DNA of 64,000 nucleotides. Source: Takakia lepidozioides (Eukaryota > Plantae > Bryophyta). Position numbers and translations under genes: made by a program. Below, in pieces: positions 1 to 12,700 of this stretch. The stretch is taken from assembly GCA_030704615.1 (NCBI GenBank), contig CM060734.1:53878001-53942000 (forward strand), in the 5' to 3' direction. The notes under the pieces were generated by a model. That model made no database searches. It worked only from the letters and a program-made list of their open reading frames with translations, and was not told the DNA's origin. Each line of letters starts with the position of its first letter. Within the stretch, counting starts at the first letter, position 1.

Positions 1-178
1 ATTGCCGAACCTCCTTCATCGGGAGGTCCTTCTCCCCCTATGACCGTGGCACCCTAAACCCTATTCCCGCGGACACTCATTTCCGGAAAATAGTGCTGCT
101 CATGTTTTTTTCCACACTTACGACTCTGCTCATGGCTCATGCCGCTCATGGCTCATGGCTCATGAAATAGCAGCCCCC
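1..178. mobile_element. Right terminus of a DNA transposon extending left of the window (TIR-like end with GCTCATG subterminal repeats)
   Basis: Ends ...CATGAAATAGCAGCCCCC, the reverse complement of the end at 23355 (GGGGGGCTGCTATTTCATGAGC) and similar to the MULE end at 13664. About 6 GCTCATG copies at 97-164. Confidence 0.7.
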
Positions 179-260
179 GTCACAGCCCGTCACAGCCCGT
201 CACAGTCCGTCACAGCCAATCACAGCCAGTCACAGCCCGTCACAGCTTCACACAGCCCAA
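179..260 (+). repeat. 10-bp minisatellite (GTCACAGCCC)n inside the LTR
   Basis: Direct tandem copies visible. A longer reverse-complement tract lies in the solo LTR at ~16215-16400. Confidence 0.85.
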
Positions 261-931
261 CGCAGTTTTGCACAGTTGTCACAGTACAGGGGGAACGGTT
301 AACATGGACAGGGAACGACTGTGTGGGAACGACATCTGCAGAGGGAATATGTTACTTCAGGGGTGACGGTTAGTTAGCAAGGCGGTTAGAACATCTTGTA
401 GGTAGATAAAGCGAAGAGCGGGGACTTCTGGGCGATCACTTTCTTGGATCACTTCTTAGACATCAGTGGAAAGGTCAGACGGAGGGCACGATCTTGGAGC
501 ACAGGGATGACGATTACACAGAAGAGGAGATGATGACTTGATGGAGGTTTATTTCATGCAGAGCTGTAGTGATACTGTAGGGCGGATTAGAGTCACTTTG
601 ACATTGGCCTAGTACCTGATAAATCGTAATCTGATACTTATTCGATACAAGCACACTGTGTAGAGAGACATGAGTGAAGCCGTGAAATGAATGCATGATT
701 AACTGGAACTAAGAAGATACTGAAGCAATCTGATGCTTCAGTATCAGATAAGGTAAATTGATAACATGAAGGCAAGAAGGAATACAAATGGGAAGCACAA
801 CCATGATTCACTAGCTGCAGGTCATGACTGATTGTACTGAGCGGGCTGAGTGCTTAGAAATATCCAACTCTTCTATCTTGGAGTTTTCACCTCAGATAGC
901 GAAGGGATGGGTGAGTAAAAGCCGTTCGACA
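179..931 (+). repeat. 5' LTR (5'-truncated) of the Gypsy element
   Basis: Homologous to the reverse complement of the solo LTR at 15561-16525. Ends ...GCCGTTCGACA at 931, directly before the PBS. Confidence 0.85.
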
Positions 932-1519
932 TTTGACGACCATACTGGGGAACTAAGTCATGAACAACCAGATGTGACAGGCATCTGGTGGGATCATGGT
1001 GGTTGGAGAATTAAAGAATTTGATGTGAATCAAATTCGTTGTGAAACTGAGAAGGAAAGATTGTCCAAACGATTCTTTGAGAGGTTCTTGGAATTGCTAG
1101 ACGGTTGTAAAGAAAACATTCTTAAGAGAGTGCATGATGCTGACCCTGAGTGGGGTCTGGAGAAAGGGGTGATAAAGATTTATCAGGTGGCCTGTAGAGG
1201 AAGAACACGGTGGTTACCAACACTGGTTTATGTGATAGCATTGCTATCCATTAAGCGAGTAGAGTTTGAAGACTGGGAGGAAAGGAAGGTGAATGTTTAT
1301 ACTCATATGCATGAAGAGCTTGTACTGGTAAAGAATTGGATTCCAAAGGATATTCTGTGGATCAAACTCACACCAAGAACAGCTTTCCAGACTTGTTTGC
1401 CATATGGTTATATGGTAACGGAGACTTCTAGTATAGCCAAGGGTGCATTGAAGCTTGAAAGAAACCCAGGCATATACGAGAGATATTACAGAAGAGAGTT
1501 TTGGTTATTGCCACATTAA
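824..1519 (+). CDS. Extra ORF upstream of gag (ORF1), unknown function; true start probably downstream of the LTR
   Basis: 231-aa ORF, mostly between the PBS and gag. Homologous peptides (WGLxxGVI, WLxxL, WIPKDxL) recur after the second PBS at 63341. Confidence 0.6.
   Translation: MTDCTERAECLEISNSSILEFSPQIAKGWVSKSRSTFDDHTGELSHEQPDVTGIWWDHGGWRIKEFDVNQIRCETEKERLSKRFFERFLELLDGCKENILKRVHDADPEWGLEKGVIKIYQVACRGRTRWLPTLVYVIALLSIKRVEFEDWEERKVNVYTHMHEELVLVKNWIPKDILWIKLTPRTAFQTCLPYGYMVTETSSIAKGALKLERNPGIYERYYRREFWLLPH
934..951 (+). promoter_or_regulatory. Primer binding site (probably tRNA-Arg type)
   Basis: TGACGACCATACTGGGGA 2 nt after the LTR end. A cleaner copy TGGCGACCATACTGGGGA is at 63341. Resembles the TGGCGAC...CTGGGGA PBS of Ogre/Tat-type elements. 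Confidence 0.7.
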
Positions 1520-1540
1520 AAGAAATGAAAGACATGGGAC

Positions 1541-2185
1541 ATGAGTGATGAAAGAGAAGCTAGACTCCAGAGATATTCAGCAAAAAGAGAAAGTTATCTG
1601 AAAGCTAATTATCCATATCTTTGGGAGAGAGGAATAGACATAGGGGATTCATCTGGACCTCTCACACCATTAAGATCAGAGAGTACATCACCCATACCGG
1701 AAGAACTAGAGTTGGATGCCACTCCTTCTTTTTCTTTGCAAGAAAGATTAAGGGAATTGGTACAGGAAGAAGATCAATCACGAGGTGAAAGATCCGAGGT
1801 ACATCCCTGGATAAAAGATTTGACAGAAATCTTTGATAAGAGTTGGCATGGAACACCAAAAGCAGGAACTCCAGTTTCTGAAACGGAAGGTGAAGAAGGA
1901 GGAGAGGATGTGGCAGGCTCAACGGAGAGTTCAGACTCTCCAACACCATTACAGTTCAGTTACATGAGTGAAGAAGAAACCCAAGGGCAGAACTTGGAGG
2001 ATGAAAACAGAGAGAAGAAATTGGAAGAGGAAGAGTATGAAGAAGTAGACCCAACAGCTGAGGTTGAGACCAGGACATCCCAACCCGTTGGACCTGGATC
2101 AAGTGGAGCACTTGGATCACAGGCCAACGAAGGTGTCGGCTCAGGGGGATCAGGCGGGCAGCCTGGATTTGCCCTGGTTCCGTGA
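1541..2185 (+). pseudogene. N-terminal acidic part of Gypsy gag, interrupted by the MULE
   Basis: 214-aa ORF after ORF1 that stops at the MULE junction. Gag resumes with the zinc knuckle after 13665. Confidence 0.55.
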
Positions 2186-2272
2186 ACGAAATGTATGTGT
2201 TTGTCCTAAATGCAAAGTCTTCACACGGTAACCTGGAAACCAGCATGGGAAGCGGGCATGGCTTGTATGTGT

Positions 2273-5200
2273 TCAAAGAGAATTTGGCGGAGCACTACGT
2301 GAGGTGTCCCGCTGCAGAAGGGTGATGACTTCTCCGTAGCCTAGTGTGGCTTGGTGAATGAATTGGTCTCTCTTACCGTCGCAACACATAATTACAAGGT
2401 ATATGTAATATTGATGCTTGCAGGGGACCCACTTCCCTCTCATGCCGAGAGCGCCCTCACGCATCGTTACAAAATCCGGACAAGTGCAAGTAGGGAAATT
2501 CCCCATGGTAACCTGATATTCTTTGCCATGAAGAACTGAGCCAATAGACAGCACTGTGTAAATCCGTCCATACCCCGGGGTAGGGACTTCGGTGATACGA
2601 GCCACCCGAGCCTGCAAAATTCTAGCCGATTCCATCTTGCATTCGTGATCTGCACCCGAAGCGACACGACGCACTGTTTTTCCATCTCTTTTTGTTGGGT
2701 GGGAGTCGGCACCGGGTGGAGGCATTGCCGGAGCTTGTGGCACATCTGTGCCGACAGTGCACAAGGGCACCACTCGGGATCGTGCAAGACAAAACCCTCC
2801 CTCCTCGAGCATGCCTATCTCGGTTGTTGACAGCGACGTCCCAAGTTTCACAGGCCGAATTGCGGGGGGAGGGGGTTTCATTATCACCGAAGGACGAACT
2901 GTTCCCTAGACGCATCGTGCCATATCGTCTGGGCAGAACCAGAACTTGTGGTCCTTTGACTCCCCACTATGATAAGGTCGGAACAACCCTGTGAATGTTG
3001 GAGCTGGAGTCCCCCTGGAGCCTTTGCATATTTTTGATTTGCATTTCTTGAAAGAGGGGGTCCGAATTGCCATGCAAGCAACTCTAGATCCTGGTGGGGT
3101 GCGTTCTATATGCCACTCACTATCAATGCAATCAGATTCCTGCACCATGGCCACCACCTCCTCCAATGGGATTCCTGCTGCTGTGCTTGCATGTTCTGCA
3201 CCTGCTCCACAGGAGGAGGACCCACCCGGGAAGGGGCCGGCACACGACTTAGTCTGCACTGGAGACACCTTTGGCACAAAGAAATTGACCCTGTCTGGGC
3301 GATGGGAATCTCCATCTGACCCTGGAAGAGTGTTCAATTTCCTTTTGCATGATCCAAATCTTTCCTCGCCTTCCAAATGAGGGAGCCTGGATTGCAAAGG
3401 GGAGCCTTCAGTGCACCTGTTCAGAGCTCTGGCCATCTTGGATGGGTCTCCGGACCTACTCGCAGCCCTTAGCATCAACAAAGTCGTACCGGGGCCCTTG
3501 CCTCCACCCCGTCCCATCAGAAAATTGCGGTACCTGGTTTGTTGTGTAAGTGCCCGCACCATGTCATCAGCAGTGGCCACATACAAGTCACGACCTGCTT
3601 TGGTAGATTGCTGCATCCAGGCGTTATGAACAGTCTCCGCCAAATTACAGGATGGCATGTCGGCCAAGTCCTCCAAGGACATGTCCTGCAGGAGGCATTG
3701 CATGGAAATGTGAGGAAGGAAAGGAAATGGAAGAGGTTCTGCAAGCGACAATCCAAGAACCCCAAATGAAGAGGCACGATGCAAAATTTCTGATTTTGGG
3801 ATTCAAGAGGCTTACCGTCGTCATGAAAGCTCCCCATTGTCTGTATCTGAAGTGCCAGAAAACCAACCAGTCCTCCAACTCCTTCAGGTGGATACCAGTA
3901 GCAGCACCAGAGGAGAACCACCAAGCCCGGATTGCTTGGTCAGTGCTCTCAGCTTCTCCCATTGAGTTGGCATTTTTGTACTTGAGACAGAGCCTTCTGT
4001 GCTCCAACTGAAGGTCAGGGCGAATGCAGCGCTTTGTATGACGTGCCAGAGATTGACTCCAATGGAAGAGGCATGTGCGCTCCCTATTTTCCATTGGGAC
4101 CTTAGGATCCCCTGAACCAAACACGCGCCGCACTGCATTGAAATTTGTCTGTGCACTATCAGCCATGAAGCCCGCAAAATTTGTGTTCTGTATTCCATTG
4201 CGCTGCATGACGGCCAGGAGCAAATTCCACATGAGCATCTGGGATTCAGTGTCCTCCGACTGCATATCACAAATTGCTATTGAGAGCACACGCTGGTACG
4301 CTGGATCATACACATGGCATGCCATGGTTGTCCAACCCTTCACCCGTTTGCAGTGATCAAACATCAACCAACATTTAGCCAAATCTCCTCCAGGTTGCAT
4401 TCGGCGGACAATGCTCACACCACTGCCTTCGCCCACTGCGGACATCTTGAACAAATACACCTTGGATGAGCCCTGGCCAGGGAAGATGCTATTTTGAATG
4501 AATTCATAGCGACTGCTCCGTTTGAGGTCCATAATGTTGTCCATGAATCCAGCAGTGCCTGTGCCGACTCTGAGTGCATTCACCTGGTTTCGAATATTGG
4601 GAGAGCTCAACACGGAGAAATGGTCCATCACTGCATCAAGCGAATCTGCATCTAGCATTGGTTGTGTCGAATCCCCTTCACCCAATATGTGTTTTTCCAG
4701 AAAAGCCTTGCTAGCTGCAAGCGCTATAGCAGAAGGTGTTGCACAAGGGGCATTGTGGAACTCCTGCTTCAGCAGATTTCTAGCGATGTCCACGCTATCC
4801 CTGCAACTTCCTTTGGACACAGGATGCTCGTGTGCACCCATATGAATGCAGGCACGAGTCATTGTCTTGCATCGGTGTGCCACCTGGTACATACGAGCGT
4901 GGCACACAGAAACACAGGACGGGGAAAGTTTGCAGAACCTGCACACAAAAGTATTGGTATTGGGAGGGGCAAGTCCTGGGGTGAGAGGATTCAAGAGCAC
5001 ACCTTCCCACTCACTTTTGTTTGGTTGAGCGCTATTTCTCAGGCGAGGGCAAGATATATTCAGGCACTTGCAATGCCCAACGCAAACCGACCTTCGAAAT
5101 TTCAATCCAATGTCGTTGTGGATGTTTGACGTTTTTGTCCTGCACCAAGGGTGTCCGTCATGTTTCTTGTCCATGCCCTGCAGAAGCCCAGCCAGTCCAT

Positions 5201-5837
5201 TGGAAGACGTGGGAGGGTTGAACTCAAACAAGATGTCCCCATCAAACTCTGCTGGCACGTATTGAACCCGCTACACACGAAGGGACTCTCAATCAACAAA
5301 ACGCAGCTCGCTCTTGCACCCAGGCACCCCTGCGAGGGCTTTCAATTTTGGAATGACACTCGTTATCTCTTGCAATTTGGATTCATCCAAGAATGGAGTT
5401 TGCACTGGCGGAGGAATCTCATAAACATCCTCCGAGGACAAGTCTGAAAGAGTCACGAATGTAGTGGATGTGCTCACCTCTTGTTTCACATGAACTGTGC
5501 CCTTTTGCTGCACGACTGATGCTGCAATTCCAGGGGTAGTGACTGATCCTGCTGATTGTCTTCTCTCTTTTCCAAGGACACGGTATGTGCCTGGAAGGAC
5601 TCTCCACTTCCTTCCACACTCGCCAACCAATGGTTTCTCCAAATGTCCAGAATCCAAATTCCCGTCCTCGTCATATACCTCTTTTTGAACAAGCAGAGAA
5701 CCCAATTCCAGTGGGAACACTGTAACCAGCTCAGCCTCATGAACAACTGCAAACCCATCGTCGTCTGCAGTGGCAGTCAGTGGAAGACTACCTGCATTGG
5801 AATGAAATCGGGCTAGTCTATCTCTCTCCCTGGACAT
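2273..5837 (-). pseudogene. MULE-type DDE transposase (~1145 codons): GCM/WRKY-like Zn domain, DDE core with CxxH, C-terminal SWIM finger
   Basis: ORFs 5837-5289, 5258-3816, 3685-2906 and 2887-2273 join in one frame with a GT-AG intron (3815-3686) and three premature stops. Motifs: C..C..HEHP, MFDH, FMADSA, CLFHW, CNLAETVH, CTCPDF...CKH. Confidence 0.8.
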
Positions 5838-6759
5838 GTTTTCCTACGCTGACCGAAACTTTTGATTCACAACGGAATCCCCGAACTGATAGCCCTCAAT
5901 TCTCGAAAGGGGATCCACCACAAAAAAAAATTGAGTTCAACAAGGGTAGCACTAACCCAAAGGCTGCGGGCGATGCATCAAAAGGATGTAGGAATGACAT
6001 GCACTGAACTTCGCAGACAACCACGCTGAGAGACACCAACTAGAAAAACTGTTTTCAAATACAGGAAGCCACAAGAAGTCGTGCTGTTTTTGGATGAAAA
6101 ACAAACCCTGAACATGACATGAAACCATCATTTATGGAAAGACGGCAACAACCCTGGAGAGCAGTAAACAGGAAGACCCCGAATGTAATGAGGTTGTGTC
6201 GTGCCAGAAGAGCACAGCACAAACACTGACACTCCAAGAGTCACCTCGCACGGATGTGTGCAACACAATATCATTTCCGACACAACCCTTTATACCGAAT
6301 GACCCCATTGACGGCAAAATGCAAAGCACAGGGCAGGCAGTACGACACACGTGGATGCATATGTGAAGCACAACATTTATGGCGAATCTGCAAGAACTGC
6401 TCCAAATTGAACTAGCATTAGATTTCTACGGCACTTCCGAATTTGAAACCATGCAAGAAGGCCACCATATATTGGCAGGCGGCGAAGTACATCTGACATA
6501 TATCACAAGTACATGCAACGGATGTACATATTTTCTAGCACTTTATTTCTTGAATAATACAAAGACGCCGAAATGGATGAATTCCGTTCGCACACAATAA
6601 CAACACCCGCATCCAAATACGGTTGACAATGTCCAAGTTTGATTTTGGTTACATGCAATAGCAACCCTTGTTGCAAACGTCAAACTGGAGAGCTCTAGAG
6701 GCATCGTGGGGAGCCCTTGTTTCCAGCGGAGGAGGAAGAGAAGGAAGTCATTATACTTC

Positions 6760-9700
6760 ATGAGCTCTAGAAACAGGAATAGAGCCAGATATAGAATGAG
6801 GATGGAAAGAGTGGCCGAAGAGGAAAAGGCGGAAGAAGAGGGCAAAGAGCAAAGTTTGGCGATGGAAGAGCAGGAATCCGGAGAAGAACAGCAGCCTGCC
6901 ACAGTTCCAAGAACAGATGAGGAGGACACTGCATCCGAGGGAGAGGCAGACGCCGAAGATGATGTTGACGCTGGCCTCACAAAGAACCTAATAGTGGAAG
7001 AGAGGATGGGGGAGATGCTCCAGAACATGCGAGGCATGGAGAGCAGTCCGAAGCGCAAAGGGTCCCCGACGATTGGGGAGTCTTCTGGAGCAGCCAAAAA
7101 AAAGGTTCAATCTTTGAAACCCACCTTTGTGCTTCATTGCTGATGTGAACCCAAGTTGAGATTCTATTTCGATATGAACATAGTCTACACACGGCATCTC
7201 TGCCAGGTTGCATCAACCGCGAACAAGAAGCTCAAACAGTGTGCGTTGACGCACATTGTTTGAGCCTTCCATTTTGCTGGCTTGTTGATGTGCGAAACGA
7301 CCAAATTGGGGAACTACGGCAGGTTCAATCCACCACGAATTGGAAGCTGAAACAGTGTGCGTTGACGCACACTGTTTGAGCCCCGCATTTTACTTGGTCG
7401 ATGGTGTGCAAAACGGCCAGATAGGGCCACTATGCCCGGTTCAATTCTCCACTATTTGGCAGCTCAAACAGTGTGCGTTGGCGCACACTGTTTGAGCCCA
7501 CCTTGTCATTGTTTTTTCATCTGAAAAACGGCCACAAACGGCATGTATTTGAGGATCAATCATCACTTACATGGCAGCTCAAACAGTGTGCGTCAACGCA
7601 CACTGTTTGAGCTCACCTTGTCATTGCCTTTGTCATCTGAAAATCGGCCACATAGGGTATGAATTTGAGGATCAATCATCACTTACCTGGCAGCTCAAAC
7701 AGTGTGCGTTCGCGCACACTGTTTGAGCTACCCTTATCATTGCCTTTTTCGTTTGAAAATCGGCCACATAGGGCATGTCTTTGAGGATCGATGAACACTT
7801 ATCTGGCAGCTCAAATAGTGTGCGTTGGCGCACACTGTTTGAGCCCACCTTGTCACTATTTTTTCCCTGTGAAATTCGGCAATACAGGGCATGTCTCTGA
7901 GGTTCAATGAACACTTACCTGGTAGTTCAAAAAGTGTGCGTCAACGCTTACTGTTTGAGCTCACCTTGTCATTGCCTTTGTCATCAGAAAATCAGCCACA
8001 TAGGGTTTGTATTTGAGGATCAATCATCACTTACCTGGTAGCTCAAACAGTGTGCGTTGGCGCACACTGTTTGAGTTCACCTTGTCACTATTTTTTCCGT
8101 GTGAAATTCGGCAATACAGGGCATGTCTCTGAGGTTCAATGAACACTTACCTGGTAGCTCAAACAGTGTGCGTCAACGCACACTATTTGAGCTCACCTTG
8201 TCATTGCCTTTGTCATCTGAAAATCGGCCACATAGGGTTTGTATTTGAGGATCAATCATCACTTACCTGGAAGCTCAAACAATGTGCGTTGGCGCACACT
8301 GTTTGAGCCCACCTTGTCACTGTTTTTTCCCTGTGAAATTCGGCAATACAGGGCATGTCTCTGAGGTACAATGAACACTTACCTGGCAGCTCCAACAATG
8401 TGCGTCAACGCACACTGTTTGAGCTCACCTTGTCATTGCCTTTGTCATCTGAAAATCGGCCACTAAGGGCTTCTCTTTGAGGTTCAATGAACACTTACCT
8501 GGCATGTCTCTGAGGTTTAATGAACACTTACGTGGCATGTCTCTGAGGTTCACTGAACACTTACCTTGCAGCTCAAACAGTGTGCGTCAACGCACACTGT
8601 TTGAGCTCATCTTTTCTTTTTCTTTCATCTGTAAATCGGCCACTAAGGGCTTCTCATTGAGGTTCAATGAACACTTACGTGGCATGTCTTTGAGGTTCAA
8701 TGAACACTTACCTTGCAGCTCAAACAATGTGCGTCAACGCACACTGTTTGAGCTCACCTTTTCTTCCACACATGGCTTGTCTGCCATGCTCAAACACCAT
8801 CGTCTCATGCCTCACTCTTATATCAATTTGAATGGACAACCCTGCAGGAGAAGATGCAAAGTGTGGCGGAGGAGATCCCTTCGGGGCTGGGGAAGGAGAT
8901 CATTGTTGATGTTGACGATGAGTTCTATGAAAGCAAAGCCGCTGAGATGCTGGGGGGTCAGAAGGTAAACTCTCAGCTTGTGGTGCAAAGTATGCTTGCC
9001 CCGGGTGGGAGGTTGAAGATTCCCCTGTGTAGGATGGTTTCCATGCCTGTCGTTCGACCACCCTCATCAAGGACATTCTCAAGCTAGAGGCCGAGTTTGT
9101 TCATGGGTATTTGGATGGATCCGCAGTGTTTTACGTTTGTACAAAGGATTCCACAGGCAATGAACTCCTTGTGGATGAGTCAATCATGGACTCCTGGGAT
9201 CCTATTTGGAGACAGGTGAACGAATCCTTCGAACTTCTTCTCTCCAGGAAACCTTCCACCCAGGCATTCTCGGGGAAGATGTTTCACGTTTGGGATGGGA
9301 ACCACCGGTTGCTTGCATGGATGGCTGTCATTGGGAGGCTGCACTCACAGGAGGAAGAGTGGCATTACTCTGTTCGATCGATGGTGCTGGATTGTGAGGG
9401 GAACATGATGGGTCTTCTGACGGCAATGAATGGTGTGAACAGGTTGGTTTCTCATTCTACATGTTCCACTTGTAGTTCCGTGGTTCTTTGATTAAAGTCC
9501 TTGAATTTCATTCTGACTTTCAGATATCATTCTGCAGAGGAACGGAGACATCGCATGTCAAAACGAGTCTGGTTCACACACTGTATAGGATACAAAGGAT
9601 CGGGCAGATGCCCTTGACCAACTTCAAGACCATCCTTTCAGCAGAGACGTACAAGAAGTGCGAAAGCTCCAAGACATCGGAAACGTGGTACTCGTTGACA

Positions 9701-12700
9701 CATGAGGCTTTCATGGAGTACATGTACACGGTGAGATACGTCTTCCTTCATCTGCCCTTTCCATATTCCTGCTTCCACATGTTTGTTTCTGTTTGTTTCC
9801 CTTGCCCTTGGGTTGATGCAACTCTCGTGCATTCCCTTGCAGCAAGACATTGCAGATGCAGGGGAGCGTGGCAAACTGGAATACTACAGGTCAACCCCTG
9901 AGGAGAGAAGGACAGCAAAGGGGGTTGAGAGTCACATCCAAAAAGAGATGACCGCTACAAGAAGGACTATAATGAGTGCTTTTGTGAAGCAGTTGAGAAT
10001 TGCCGACCCATCATTCGGATCGCAGTTTCTCCTGGAGATAAAAAAAAACCATTATAACAAGCCAGGCAAGCCAGAGATGGCCTAGGAGAAGTTACACAGG
10101 TTGTCTACCGCCGTTGTGTCTTCAGAACAGAAGGTGAAGTGGCCACAGATATGGAACTCCGATCCCACAGTTAGGGATACCCACATGTTCCCCAGGCCGG
10201 AGAAAGAGAAGAAGACCCAGCGTGTCATTCCTGTCAGTGACAATGTGCTGGACACATGGCTTCACAAGGCCACTTACTAGAGCCAGGTGTGATGTCCTTT
10301 CCTGTGTCACTTTCTTTTCTCTTTTCCTGTCCTTCTCTTTCCATTGCCTCTCACATTCGCTGTGATTTTTTTTGGGTTCATTCTTGCATTTGAATTGTTT
10401 TGCAGTTGGAAGAAAGGGCACGGTCGGTTCTGCATACTCAGCTGGCTAACTATGGCATCACTATGACAGCACCGAAGGTCTCCTTCGAAGCATACATGAG
10501 GAAATGGAGAGCCACAGTGTGGCACTCTTGTTTCTTTAGAGAGTTCAGCAAGGAGGGTGGCATCAGTCGAACACATGACCTTGACCAGCAAGAAAAAGGA
10601 GAGGAAGCCTGGAAACGATGCCTTTATAGGTGTACACCCTAGGCCGTTCAGGCTACTTAGTGTGCGTGGTTGCAATGTACTGTGACGCATACAGTTTAAG
10701 GGGGTCTTCTTGGTGTGATGGAAAAGCTGAGAGACAATAATTGCATTGCATAATGAGGCTGTCTCTGTTCCTGTAGGTACATAAAGTTTGTTCTCATGGA
10801 AGAGAATTGCTTGGACAAACATCTAGATTTCGTGGACCTCTGGCTTGTCCCTGCTGGCAATCAGACCATGTTTACTACTGGGATCTTGCATGACTGGGGC
10901 CCAGACCATCTTTCTTCTTGTGGTTGGTATTTGGATTGCCCTCCTTCTGAGACCCCAGCTCCGGAGGTGTCTTTGAGGAGAGAGAATGAGCGAATTGCAG
11001 CCACTGCCGCAGCAGCCGACCTCGACATTCATGAACGAAATTTGAGGACTCTTGCAGAGAAGGAGCCTCCCGATAAAAATACCCCGGGTAGAGGTAGAAA
11101 GGCAAAGGGAAAAGATGTTGCTGGTGTTGTGGGGAAAGGAAGGGGTAGAGGGAAGGTGGCACAAGGGCAGGGAAGTGTTGCAGATATTGGCCGAGTGGTG
11201 CATGTCCAGCAGACTCCAACGCATGGTAGGGGATCCGTGAGAAAGAACAAGGGGGTGGTTGATCCCAAGGACCCGTACCATGCAGTGGAACATCCGACGA
11301 GGGTCATTTGCCCTACCAAGTTGGAGATGTCCAACGTCGGATTCCTTGCCATGATGGAGTCCAAGAAATCTGATTACAAGGGCGAGCCATCACCAGTGTG
11401 GGAGAGGATTGTAGAGTTCCTCGGCACGGTGCGTGTTCTCTTTTGCTTCTTCTCTGCAGTGGGCATGGATCGTTTCAATCCTCTTGAGTATTCCATTGTA
11501 ATTTTGTTTGCAGGCTAAAATGACCAAATCCTGGGTGAACGGGAAGGAGAAGCAATATGCAGCCGAACTCATAATCTTGGACATCCCTGATGGGTTGGCA
11601 GTCCCGGATGTCCCTCCATCGGGTGCTTGTCCGGGTTGGAATGCTTTTGATGAGCGCTACTGGCGGTGGGTTTTCTCCTTTTGCAATTTTTCCCTGTCCG
11701 ATGTAGGTGTTTTGGTGCTCATACAGTCCGCCAACGTTCGCTGTCGCCGTGCACTTGCCAGCTATTTGAAAGCCTCGGGCATGAGAGTCCTGAAGACATG
11801 GAATTGTGTGAACAGCATGTACCTTATGAAGGGGGATCGTCCGGGAGAGATGGTAAATTTGCCTTCTTCTTCCTCTTCTTGGTGGTTCTCGGATGGAGTT
11901 GTGTAGGTCGCTCGAACTCATATGTAGGGGCCTGATTTTTGAAGCTTCTTAGTTCCTTCTGGATGTGTTGTTCGCAGACTCGTTTGTTTGAAGCTGTTTG
12001 TCTCGTCCAAGTGCATCCACCAACGACTCCGGCCGGCATTTCGGAGTTCGCCATCACTCATGGGGGCAAGTTCATAGACGACAGGACAGATCCTCCCACG
12101 GATGACATGCACCACAACTACGTCGACAGCAACGTCTGCTTGCGAAGGGGGAATGGGGTTCCTTGGAGAGGGGCGAGGGAGAGGAGTCCGGCTTTCATTC
12201 AAACGATTGTGGAGTGCTGCACCTACACAGACGCCAGAGTTCTAGATTTGTCAATGGGCACAGGTTCGTCTCTTCAACATTCGGATTTCATGAGGTTTGA
12301 TTGAGCTTGCACTTTCAGTACTTCCCACCGTTCCATATGTGTCTTCAATGTCTGCTTCCTTCATTCTATTCCACTGCAGGTGCTTTGTACCACGCTTGCA
12401 AGGCCAGTGCGCAACATCTCTTTGGGATTGAAGGGGATGCTGAGATTTACAAGAACCTCCTGATGGGTTTGGGTGGACACACTTCTCAAGTCCTTTCGAA
12501 GCCCCGTCCCGCTGATATTGATACAGAGGAGACTTCCGACAAGGAGTTGGACTCCGACTTTGCCTGTGAGTAAGTTCAACCTGTGGATGCTTGCATTGTT
12601 GTTTCAATATCGAGAATCACTGTTCTTGAGGCAAAGTTCACATGACAGACATCCTCTTCGTTGGACTTGTGTATTGCATATTGTGTTCTGAATGGGTTTT

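Noticed and set aside
7230-8753. CRISPR array
   Set aside because: The ~80-bp linkers are homologous to each other rather than unique spacers. There are no cas genes and the context is a eukaryotic intron.
8477-8968. 163-aa ORF with repeated MSLRFNEHL
   Set aside because: Translation of the tandem array inside the predicted intron.
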